Assembly (NCBI GenBank): GCA_965372365.1
Contig: CBDVCA010000001.1
Span: 5,810 to 69,809 of the forward strand
From: an uncultured bacterium
GTDB taxonomy: Bacteria; Planctomycetota; Phycisphaerae; SM23-33; FEN-1343
Length of the DNA: 64,000 nt
Direction: 5' to 3'
Part shown: piece by piece, positions 56,106 through 64,000 of the stretch
How the letters are laid out: each line of letters starts with the position of its first letter
How positions within the stretch are numbered: the stretch's first letter is position 1
The notes under the pieces: generated by a model
Databases searched by the model: none
What the model saw: only the letters and a program-made list of their open reading frames with translations
What the model was told of the DNA's origin: nothing
Program-made: the position numbers and the translations under genes

Positions 56106-56342
56106 CTAGACCGTCAACGACCTGACCCTGGCCTCAAGCTCAGGAGAAAAACACACCCGGGCATACTCATCCCCCAGCGCTTGAACGCGCGCCAACCGCT
56201 CGGCCAGATTCAGCAGGCGCCGCCGGGAAGTTCCGGTGGGAACCCCGGGGGCCGTCGGGTCGGCTTGCAGTTCGGTAAGCATCGAGCCGCGGCTTCCTTG
56301 CCTAGTCACGGGCTTACGCTGGGCTGACTGAAGAATGAGCAT
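56106..56342 (-). CDS. Hypothetical small protein (78 aa) in the mraZ/rsmH spacer
   Basis: ORF only; no recognisable motif. Confidence 0.2.
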   Translation of the reverse strand: MLILQSAQRKPVTRQGSRGSMLTELQADPTAPGVPTGTSRRRLLNLAERLARVQALGDEYARVCFSPELEARVRSLTV

Positions 56343-56417
56343 GACGGAATCCTTTCACTCCGGGCGGTTCAACCGCCGGTATCCACTGCCTGACCCGAAT
56401 GCTCCCGCCTCGGGCCG

Positions 56418-56891
56418 CTACGGCGCCGGCGGGGATCCATCCCGCGCCAACGCTTCACCCATTTCCAACAGAGCCTCGTCGTACATCGGCAAATGCTCGG
56501 CGATAAACGCCTCCCAATCGCCCCGGGGCCATATCTCGATATGGTCGTCGTGACCGACCAAGGTCACCGACGCAGCCATCGCCGCACGCTCGACCGACTT
56601 CTCCGGCAGCACGACCCGGCCCTGCTTGTCGCACTTGAGATACCGGGCCATGGCGAAGAACAACCCCATCTTGCGGCCGCTTCGAGTCGGGAACGGCGTC
56701 CGCTTCAGTGACGCCGTCAGTTCTCGGTAATACCGGTCCGGATACAGCCACAGGTGGCGATCCGACCCGAGAATCAAAAAGAAGCCCTCACCGTCAGTAG
56801 ACGGGTCGATCTGATCCCGCAATGCCGCGGGAACAGCCAGACGACGCTTGTCGTCAATTGCCTGATCGAATTCGCCAACGAACAATGCCAT
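56418..56891 (-). CDS. mraZ: Transcriptional regulator MraZ
   Basis: Two DxxxR SpoVT/AbrB-like repeats (DDKRRLAVP; DKQGRVVLP). Confidence 0.88.
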   Translation of the reverse strand: MALFVGEFDQAIDDKRRLAVPAALRDQIDPSTDGEGFFLILGSDRHLWLYPDRYYRELTASLKRTPFPTRSGRKMGLFFAMARYLKCDKQGRVVLPEKSVERAAMAASVTLVGHDDHIEIWPRGDWEAFIAEHLPMYDEALLEMGEALARDGSPPAP

Positions 56892-57261
56892 CGAAGTGCC
56901 TCATCAACCACTGACTGGGATTGACAGGGAAATTACCCCATTTATAGGGATAGCTCAAATGAAAAATCCAAGAAAGTGGAAAATCGGGCTAAAGATTTTT
57001 CGGCCGCGGGGTCAGAAGCCAACAAAGCCCCCATCAGGCGCCGATGGTGCTCGGGGAGCCACTGCATATAGAGGATGGGCCCAGGGATTGCCGACACCCC
57101 CGAAGTGCAGATTTCCCCTGAAAGACGCCTCCCTCAGAAGCCCGACGAGCAGGGCGGCGGCTCCACGCGCCGGCATCCGCACAGGGCCATGGCTACAGAC
57201 AGACTCATCGTCAGGAGGCTCCGGAGGCTTGGCGCCCCATGATCGCGGGCATCTGTTTGCA

Positions 57262-58032
57262 TCAGCATGGCCCCCTCAGGTCGAATCGCAGCGATTTCAG
57301 CCCCTCCATCCGGTCCGAATCGGTCAGGTCCACATGCAGGGGCGTAACGCTCACATACCCCTGGCCAAGGGCCGCCACGTCGGTATTGGCGGGCGGGTCG
57401 TGAAAACCGTACTCGTCGGTCAACATGTAGCACGCGCGGCCGCGATCGTCGGTCGACGCGGCATAGGTCTCCCAAATACCCGCCACGGATTGCCGATCCA
57501 CACGCACGCCCCGAGGCGGGCCGTTGTCCTGACAGGGCAGGTTCACGCTGACCAGTCGACCCGGGGCCAGGTCGCCGGCCAGCAGCGTATCGAGCACCGC
57601 CAGGCAATAGCCGGCGGCGAGGTCGAAATCGGGTTCGACGTCGGCCAGTTCCTGGCTGAACGCCACCGCCCGGGCGCCCAGGATCGCCCCCTCGGCCGCG
57701 GCCGCCACGGTGCCGCTGTAGAGAACATTGATCCCCACGTTCGCGCCGGGGTTGATCCCGCTGAGCACCAGATCGACCTCACCAACCAATTCACGCCGGG
57801 CCAGTTTCACGCAGTCGGCGGGGCGGCCGTCGACGCTGAATCCCCAGAACGCCCCGTCCCTTTGGACCCGCTCGACGGCGAGCGTATCATGCAGCGTGAT
57901 GCCATGACCGGTCGCCGACTGCGGCGCCGCCGGTGCGACCACGAACACCTCGCCGAGCCGCTGGGCCGCATGTGCGAGAGCGATCAAGCCGGGCGCCAGG
58001 ATGCCGTCGTCGTTTGTGAGTAGGATTCGCAT
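57262..58032 (-). CDS. surE: 5'/3'-nucleotidase SurE
   Basis: MRILLTNDDGI…. Confidence 0.9.
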   Translation of the reverse strand: MRILLTNDDGILAPGLIALAHAAQRLGEVFVVAPAAPQSATGHGITLHDTLAVERVQRDGAFWGFSVDGRPADCVKLARRELVGEVDLVLSGINPGANVGINVLYSGTVAAAAEGAILGARAVAFSQELADVEPDFDLAAGYCLAVLDTLLAGDLAPGRLVSVNLPCQDNGPPRGVRVDRQSVAGIWETYAASTDDRGRACYMLTDEYGFHDPPANTDVAALGQGYVSVTPLHVDLTDSDRMEGLKSLRFDLRGPC

Positions 58033-58300
58033 GGCCCGATTCTACGCCAACCGGCCGAGTCGCGAAACCCACAAGGGCTCGGCCCGGGGAGCCGAACGCG
58101 CGCTCGATGGCGAGATCGCCCCATTCGTCACGAAATTGACAGTGGAATGTACCCGTGGGCGCATGGTATTATCGGGGCCAGATAGTGGCCTGGGATCGCT
58201 TTGGCCCATGCGGGGATCCTGGCGTCGGGCCGAAGACGCGCGACGGGCTCGTTGATGTGCGACACTCATCTGTTCGTGTCTTGGAGACGGTTCCGCCTGC

Positions 58301-60745
58301 GTGGGGTCCGTGACAGCCATGACTCCCAAACACAACATACCTCGATTTGTAATGCGAACCATGACCGTGGTGACCGCCGCGGCCATCGGCTTGCTGGGCG
58401 CTCTATGGATCTCCAGTGAGTACATCCACTTCCACAAACAAATCCAAACGACCCGTCGGGAGTTGACCGAAGTTCGGAAGGCCCGCCTGAAGGACATGGT
58501 CGACCTGGCGGTGCAATTCATCGAATACAAGCAGTCGCAAACGGAACTGCGCACCCGGACGATGATCGCCGATCGCGTCCATGAGGCGCACGCCATCGCC
58601 ACGAACCTGTACGCGAGGTACAAGGACACCCACACTCTGGACGAGACTAAGCGCCTGGTGGCCGAAGCGTTACGCCCGATCCGCTTCGACGAAGGCCGAG
58701 GATCCATCTTCGCCACGTCACTTGAGGGTGTGGCGTTCTTGTTCGCGGCTCGTCCCGAAGCCGAAGGCAAGTCGATCCTGAACATGGTCGACACGGAGGG
58801 CCGACGCGTCGTTTCCGACCTGATCAGGATCGCCCGGGACCAAGACGAGGGTTACTACTCCTATACGTGGACCAGGCCAGGCGCCGAAGGAAATGACTTC
58901 CGCAAGCTGGCGTTCATCAAGCATTTCAAACCGTTCAACTGGTACCTGGGAACCGGGGCGTATCTGGACGACGCCGAAGCCGGAGCCAAAGCCGAAACCA
59001 TTGAATGGCTGGGCAGGATCACCTTCTGCGACGACGGCTACGTATTCGCCGGCCGGTGGGACGGGGTGAGCCTGACGGCGCCCGCGGTCGGTAGAAATAT
59101 GATCGACGTCACCGATCCCAACGGCGTGAAGGTCGTCGCCGAACTGATCGAGCAAGCCAAGGCCGGCGGCGGATTCGTCGAATACGTGATGCCGAAATTG
59201 GAAGGCCGGCGCCCGGCGCCCAAGATCAGCTACGCCGCCGGCGTCAACGACTGGCGATGGTATGTCGGCGCCGGTGTGTACGTCGACGACATTGAAGCGT
59301 CTGTCGCGGCCGTGGAAGCCGAGATGATCGGCAAGATGGCCATAAGCATGACGACCATCGGCGGCGTCCTGGCCTGTGTGCTGGTGACGGCGCTGCTGAT
59401 CGCCAGGCGGACGGCCCGCCGGACCGCGGCGGCGTTCGATGAATTCTCTTTGTCGTTCGAGAAGGCCGCGGCCGAATCGAGCGAGATGTCGGCCGAACAC
59501 CTGGGCTTCATCGAGTTGGATACGCTTGCCGCCACGGTGAACCGAATCATCCGTCAGCGCAAGGGGGCCGAGACCGAACGCGATCACCTGGAAGAGCAGT
59601 TGAGGCAGGCGATGAAGATGGAGGCCATCGGTCAACTCGCCGGAGGCGTGGCGCACGATTTCAATAACCTCCTGACGGCCATTATGGGCAACGCTGAATT
59701 GCTGACGATGACGCTCCCCGACGACTCCGAGGACGCCGCGTACGCCGAAGAGATCGTCAAGGCGTCGACCCGGGCCGCCGAACTGACGCGCCAACTGCTG
59801 GCGTTCTCCCGCAAGGGCAACCTCCAGAGCATTCGCGTGGACGTTCACGAGGCGATTGCCGATGTCGGCGCCCTGCTGACTCACAGCATCGACCGGAGGA
59901 TACGGATCGTCCAGACGCCGGGGGCCGCCCATTCGATCATCGACGGCGACCCCGTCCAGGTGCAGAGCGCACTGCTGAATCTGTGCCTCAACGCACGCGA
60001 CGCCATGGCCGAAGGGGGCGTACTGACCATCCTCACGACCAACCAAACGCTCAGCGAGCAGTTCTGCCGCGATAACTCGCACCAGGTGAAGCCGGGCGAG
60101 TACGTCGAGATCGTCGTTTCGGACACCGGAACCGGAATGGACGCCGAGACCAAACGGCGAATCTTCGAGCCCTTCTACACGACCAAGGATCCGGGCAAAG
60201 GCGCCGGCCTGGGCTTGGCGGCCGTCTATGGCTGCGTTCACAGCCACCGCGGGATGATCACCGTCCAAAGCAAGCTCGGCTCCGGCTCGACCTTCCGCAT
60301 CCTGCTGCCGGTCGCCGCCGCCGATACGCCCGCGTGGGAGGGATCGGTCATCGACGACAGCGGAAGCGCCGTCACCGGCGAGATCCTGCTGATCGACGAC
60401 GAGGAGATCGTACGCAATATCGCCGCCCGGCTGCTGACCGGCCTCGGTCACACGGTCCACACGTGCGCCGACGGCGTCGACGGCGTCGAGTATTTCCGCC
60501 GCAACCATGATCGCATCGATCTGGTCGTGCTGGACCTGATCATGCCCAACCTCAGTGGAGCAGAGACCTTTGCCCGCCTGCGAGAGGTCGACGCCCAAAT
60601 CCCGATCCTGATCTCCTCGGGCTTCAGCGGCGACGGCGGCGCTCAGTCGCTGCTCAACGAGGGGGCCGCCGGGTTCCTCAACAAACCTTTCCGCACCGAA
60701 GACCTCGCTCGGGAAGTGACCCGTATCCTCCGCAAAGGCGAATAG
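58301..60745 (+). CDS. Hybrid sensor histidine kinase: TM, tandem Cache-like periplasmic domains, TM, HisKA, HATPase, receiver
   Basis: H-box GGVAHDFNNLL; G-boxes GTGMD…GKGAGLGLA; receiver …LLIDDEE…VLDLIMPNLSG…. Confidence 0.85.
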   Translation: MGSVTAMTPKHNIPRFVMRTMTVVTAAAIGLLGALWISSEYIHFHKQIQTTRRELTEVRKARLKDMVDLAVQFIEYKQSQTELRTRTMIADRVHEAHAIATNLYARYKDTHTLDETKRLVAEALRPIRFDEGRGSIFATSLEGVAFLFAARPEAEGKSILNMVDTEGRRVVSDLIRIARDQDEGYYSYTWTRPGAEGNDFRKLAFIKHFKPFNWYLGTGAYLDDAEAGAKAETIEWLGRITFCDDGYVFAGRWDGVSLTAPAVGRNMIDVTDPNGVKVVAELIEQAKAGGGFVEYVMPKLEGRRPAPKISYAAGVNDWRWYVGAGVYVDDIEASVAAVEAEMIGKMAISMTTIGGVLACVLVTALLIARRTARRTAAAFDEFSLSFEKAAAESSEMSAEHLGFIELDTLAATVNRIIRQRKGAETERDHLEEQLRQAMKMEAIGQLAGGVAHDFNNLLTAIMGNAELLTMTLPDDSEDAAYAEEIVKASTRAAELTRQLLAFSRKGNLQSIRVDVHEAIADVGALLTHSIDRRIRIVQTPGAAHSIIDGDPVQVQSALLNLCLNARDAMAEGGVLTILTTNQTLSEQFCRDNSHQVKPGEYVEIVVSDTGTGMDAETKRRIFEPFYTTKDPGKGAGLGLAAVYGCVHSHRGMITVQSKLGSGSTFRILLPVAAADTPAWEGSVIDDSGSAVTGEILLIDDEEIVRNIAARLLTGLGHTVHTCADGVDGVEYFRRNHDRIDLVVLDLIMPNLSGAETFARLREVDAQIPILISSGFSGDGGAQSLLNEGAAGFLNKPFRTEDLAREVTRILRKGE

Positions 60746-61438
60746 ATGAAACGAATTGCCGTACTGATCTCGACGTCGGTCGCCCTGATATCGGCGATGG
60801 CCGCAGTCGCCGTCGCGGCGGACAACCTTGACTATTGGCTCGACCAAGCGAAGCCGGATGCGGCCGAACACGTTGCGGCGCCGCCCCCCCAAGCCCCCGC
60901 GACCAAGCCCGCGGCCAAACCGGCGGCGCCGCCGACTCGCCCCGACGCCCTCAGCGGGGCCATGGAACTCTCCGACGGCCGCCTGCTGGCCGGGGGGATC
61001 TACACGACCCGGGGCAAGGATCTGGAGATCTGGGTCGAAGGGCAGAAGCGATGGCGCCATATTCCCCTGCTCATCCTCCGAGGGATCCACGCTGTCGAGG
61101 TGAGCAGCGGATACGAGAACCAATGGCGGTGGAAGGAGATGGGCCGCGACGAGAAAGTCTACACCGGCCGTCGCCGGCCGATCCGCCGGCTGCAATGGCG
61201 ACTGAATCTGATCGACGGAACGTCGCTGACCGGCGAGATCAAGGGTCAGCCGCTCTGGATCGAATACAACGGCCGGCGAACGCAACAGATCCTCAGCGAT
61301 CGAACCAAGGGGGCGTGGGGCGAGGAACTTGCCGATTGGGTCTATCTGAAGCACGTCGTCTTCAGCCGCCGCGAGATGCGCCGCGTCGAGGCGATCACCG
61401 GTAACGCCGCCGGAGAGGCGATGGACGAGAAGCCATGA
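60746..61438 (+). CDS. Secreted hypothetical protein (signal peptide plus Pro/Ala-rich linker), translationally coupled to the kinase
   Basis: MKRIAVLISTSVALISAMAAVAVAA…; starts 1 nt after the kinase stop. Confidence 0.6.
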   Translation: MKRIAVLISTSVALISAMAAVAVAADNLDYWLDQAKPDAAEHVAAPPPQAPATKPAAKPAAPPTRPDALSGAMELSDGRLLAGGIYTTRGKDLEIWVEGQKRWRHIPLLILRGIHAVEVSSGYENQWRWKEMGRDEKVYTGRRRPIRRLQWRLNLIDGTSLTGEIKGQPLWIEYNGRRTQQILSDRTKGAWGEELADWVYLKHVVFSRREMRRVEAITGNAAGEAMDEKP

Positions 61439-62667
61439 TCGGTCGTTTCAGCCTCTACGGGTTCCTGAAGAACCAACAGTACTACGACCCCTTCATCGTT
61501 CTGGCCTTCCTGGAGAAGGGCCTGACGTTCACGATGATCGGCCTGCTGATCGGCTTTCGCGGGGTCTGCATGGCCTTGCTGGAGACCCCCACCGGCGCCG
61601 TGGCCGACGTGGTCGGGCGTCGTCGGGCGATGATCGCCTCGCACGTGGCCTACATCATTTCGTTCGTCCTCTTCGGCCTCACCGACCGGCTCTGGCTTCT
61701 CTTTGGGGCGATGTTCTTCTTCAGTATCGGCGAGGCTTTTCGCACCGGTACGCACAAGGCCATCATCTTCGGCTGGCTCGCCCACCATGGCCGATCCGAC
61801 GAGAAGATCCGCGTGTACGGCGTCACACGATCGTGGGCCAAAATCGGCTCCGCCGTCAGCGTCGTAATCGCCGCGGGGTTGGTGTTCGCCACGCAAAGGT
61901 ACAGCGTGATCTTCCTGTTCAGTATCGTCCCGTACCTCGCGAACATCGCCCTGTTCCTGACGTACCCCGCCTACCTCGACGGCCCGCCGGGGGCGTCCCG
62001 CGATATCGGAACCATCGTGCGGCTACTGATCCGCTCCGTGCGCCACAGTCTTACCGTCGCCCCGCTTCGCCGGTTGTTCGTCGAGTCGATGGGCTTTGGC
62101 GGCGTATTCAGCGTCTGCAAGGTGTACCTCCAGCCGATCGTCAAGTCCGCCGCATTGGCGGTCCCGGTGCTGATCGGCTGGGGCGATCGTCAACGAACGG
62201 CGGTGCTGATCGCGATCGTCTACGTCATCTTGAACCTGCTGGGAAGCCTCGCCTCCCGACGGGCGGACGCGCTGGTCAAACGGGCCGGTTCCCCTCAACG
62301 CGGCGCACGGCTGCTGTGGCTGATGAACCTCGGGTGCTACGGCGCGCTGGCCGCCGGAGCCCTGCTGCCCGCCGGAGGAGCAACGGTCGCGATCATCGCG
62401 TTCGTCGCACTGGCCGTCGGGCAGAACTTCTGGCGCCCTATCCAGGTGAGCCGCTTCGCCGAATGGGCCGACCCCTCCGAGACGGCGACCCTCTTGAGTA
62501 TTGAATCGCAGGCCAAGTCGATGACCGTGGTCGTCGTCGCACCGCTGCTGGGAATCGCCGTCGATGCGATGCCGGCGGGGCTGACGTTCTTGCCCGTCGG
62601 GCTCGTGGGGCTGCTGGCGGCCGCGGCTGTTCTGGCGACGCGACCCGGAGCCCAAACGCACGACTGA
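61435..62667 (+). CDS. MFS transporter
   Basis: 12 predicted TM helices; …GAVADVVGRRR… loop motif. Overlaps the previous gene by 4 nt. Confidence 0.8.
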   Translation: MIGRFSLYGFLKNQQYYDPFIVLAFLEKGLTFTMIGLLIGFRGVCMALLETPTGAVADVVGRRRAMIASHVAYIISFVLFGLTDRLWLLFGAMFFFSIGEAFRTGTHKAIIFGWLAHHGRSDEKIRVYGVTRSWAKIGSAVSVVIAAGLVFATQRYSVIFLFSIVPYLANIALFLTYPAYLDGPPGASRDIGTIVRLLIRSVRHSLTVAPLRRLFVESMGFGGVFSVCKVYLQPIVKSAALAVPVLIGWGDRQRTAVLIAIVYVILNLLGSLASRRADALVKRAGSPQRGARLLWLMNLGCYGALAAGALLPAGGATVAIIAFVALAVGQNFWRPIQVSRFAEWADPSETATLLSIESQAKSMTVVVVAPLLGIAVDAMPAGLTFLPVGLVGLLAAAAVLATRPGAQTHD

Positions 62668-62673
62668 TACGCG

Positions 62674-64000
62674 TCACGCCGGCGCCGGCGCCCACCGAAG
62701 GATCGGCTTCCGCGCGGCGGTAATCTCGTCGACTCGGGCGACCGGACACGTGACCGGCGCGTGATCGAGGGCGGCCGGATCGGCCTCCAGTTCGTCCATA
62801 ATGCCGCCGATCGCGTCGATGAAGGCGTCCAGCGTGGCCAGCGATTCGGTCTCGGTCGGCTCGATCATCAGAGCCTCCGGGACGATCATGGGAAAATAGA
62901 CCGTCGGGGCGTGGAAGCCGTAGTCGAGAAGTCGCTTACCGATCCTGCCGGCCAGCCCGTGATCGCCGGCGCCGTGCCGCTCGGCCGACAGAACAAACTC
63001 GTGCATGCAGTATTCATCATGGGGCAGCGGGAGCACCTTCTTCAACGCCGCGGCCAGGTAGTTGGCGTTCAGGACGGCCGTCTCGCTGACCCGCCGCAGC
63101 CCATCGGCGCCGTTGGCGCGAATGTAGCACCAAGCACGCAAGCACACGCCGAACTGCCCGGCGAAACTGCCAATCATCCCAATGCTATCGGGCCGGTCCC
63201 ATTGGAGCCGGTAGGCGTCCGCGTCACGCGTCACACGCGGTGTCGGCAGGAACGGATCAAGGTGAGCGGCCACCGCGATCGGTCCGGCGCCGGGGCCGCC
63301 GCCGCCGTGGGGGGTGCTGAACGTCTTGTGAAGATTGAAGTGCATCGCGTCGACGCCAAAATCGCCCGGACGGGTCACGCCCAAAATGGCGTTCATGTTC
63401 GCCCCGTCGAGATAAAGCTGGGCGCCCGCCTCGTGCACCATCGAAGCCGCCGTTGCGATGTCGGTCTCGAACAGGCCCAACGTACTGGGGTTCGTAATCA
63501 TCAGCGCCGCGGTGTCGCCGTCCAACTTCGCCGCCAAATCGTCCAGGTCGATCCGGCCGTCGGCTCTGCTGGCCACCGCCACCGCCTGACGGCCGCAGAG
63601 GGTGCAACTGGCCGGGTTGGTTCCGTGGGACGAATCGGGCGTGAGCACCTTGGTGCGATTCTCGCCGCGACTGCGGTAGTAGGCCATGATCGTCTTCAGC
63701 GCGGCCAATTCGCCCTGCGCCCCGGCCGCCGGCGCCAGCGACACGGCGGGCAAACCGGCGATCTCGGCCAGAAAGTCCTGCAATTGCCCCATCAGCCGCA
63801 GTGCGCCTTGAGCTGTCGGATCGGGGGCCAACGGATGCAAGCCGGCCATGTTCGGCGTGGCCGCGGCCTGCTCATTGACGCGAGGGTTGTACTTCATCGT
63901 GCACGACCCAAGCGGGTAGAAGTTCGCGTCGACCGATACATTCCGCTGCGACAAGTGCGTGTAATGTCGCACCACTTCCGGTTCGCCCACCTCCGGCAGC
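62674..64000 (-). CDS. gcvPB: Glycine dehydrogenase (decarboxylating) subunit 2; 5' end lies outside the window
   Basis: …YPLGSCTMKYNPR…; the frame is still open at the window edge. Confidence 0.88.
   Translation of the reverse strand, partial: LPEVGEPEVVRHYTHLSQRNVSVDANFYPLGSCTMKYNPRVNEQAAATPNMAGLHPLAPDPTAQGALRLMGQLQDFLAEIAGLPAVSLAPAAGAQGELAALKTIMAYYRSRGENRTKVLTPDSSHGTNPASCTLCGRQAVAVASRADGRIDLDDLAAKLDGDTAALMITNPSTLGLFETDIATAASMVHEAGAQLYLDGANMNAILGVTRPGDFGVDAMHFNLHKTFSTPHGGGGPGAGPIAVAAHLDPFLPTPRVTRDADAYRLQWDRPDSIGMIGSFAGQFGVCLRAWCYIRANGADGLRRVSETAVLNANYLAAALKKVLPLPHDEYCMHEFVLSAERHGAGDHGLAGRIGKRLLDYGFHAPTVYFPMIVPEALMIEPTETESLATLDAFIDAIGGIMDELEADPAALDHAPVTCPVARVDEITAARKPILRWAPAPA

Overview
This is a high-GC (about 63%) bacterial chromosomal segment dominated by one co-directional minus-strand super-cluster of translation and transcription genes, roughly 35 kb long. 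In transcription order (high to low coordinates) it runs tRNA-Thr(UGU), tRNA-Tyr, tRNA-Gly, tRNA-Thr(GGU), tuf, rpmG, tRNA-Trp, secE, nusG, rplK, rplA, rplJ, rplL, rpoB, rpoC, rpsL, rpsG, fusA, rpsJ, then the S10/spc/alpha ribosomal-protein genes through rplQ, followed by a HIT-family gene. Long low-complexity tails on S3 and L17 and the extended rpoC are reminiscent of Planctomycetota, but that is only a guess.

Flanking genes:
- Left of the cluster: a 5'-truncated AddB-like helicase-nuclease, a kinase-like polytopic membrane protein, a methyl-accepting chemotaxis protein (MCP), pgpA/pgsA, rimO, a Dus-family tRNA-dihydrouridine synthase, a zinc-ribbon rhomboid protease, a GT2 glycosyltransferase and an endonuclease III gene.
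- Right of the cluster: an AMMECR1-domain gene, a dcw-cluster fragment (mraZ, rsmH, a LysM protein, an FtsL-like protein, ftsI), surE, a hybrid Cache histidine kinase with a secreted protein and an MFS transporter, and a 5'-truncated gcvPB.

The most unusual content is non-coding and mobile:
- A family of TA-flanked miniature inverted-repeat elements: two MITE-a copies, element X and element Y, none with a transposase. One composite insertion splits and frameshifts nth. Another pair sits nested in a palindromic convergent intergenic site.
- A conserved hairpin module of about 80 nt in three copies, with compensatory G-U changes that suggest a structured RNA.
- Tandem hairpin repeats in the rimO/dus divergent region.
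- Short tandem repeats in the tRNA/tuf spacers.
- An unusually long, hairpin-rich rpsG-fusA spacer.
- An internally deleted IS1380-family element with 25-bp inverted repeats.

No CRISPR array and no rRNA gene are present. CDS coordinates come from the supplied ORF track. RNA, repeat and element coordinates come from my own indexing, cross-checked against ORF anchors and accurate to about 2 nt.
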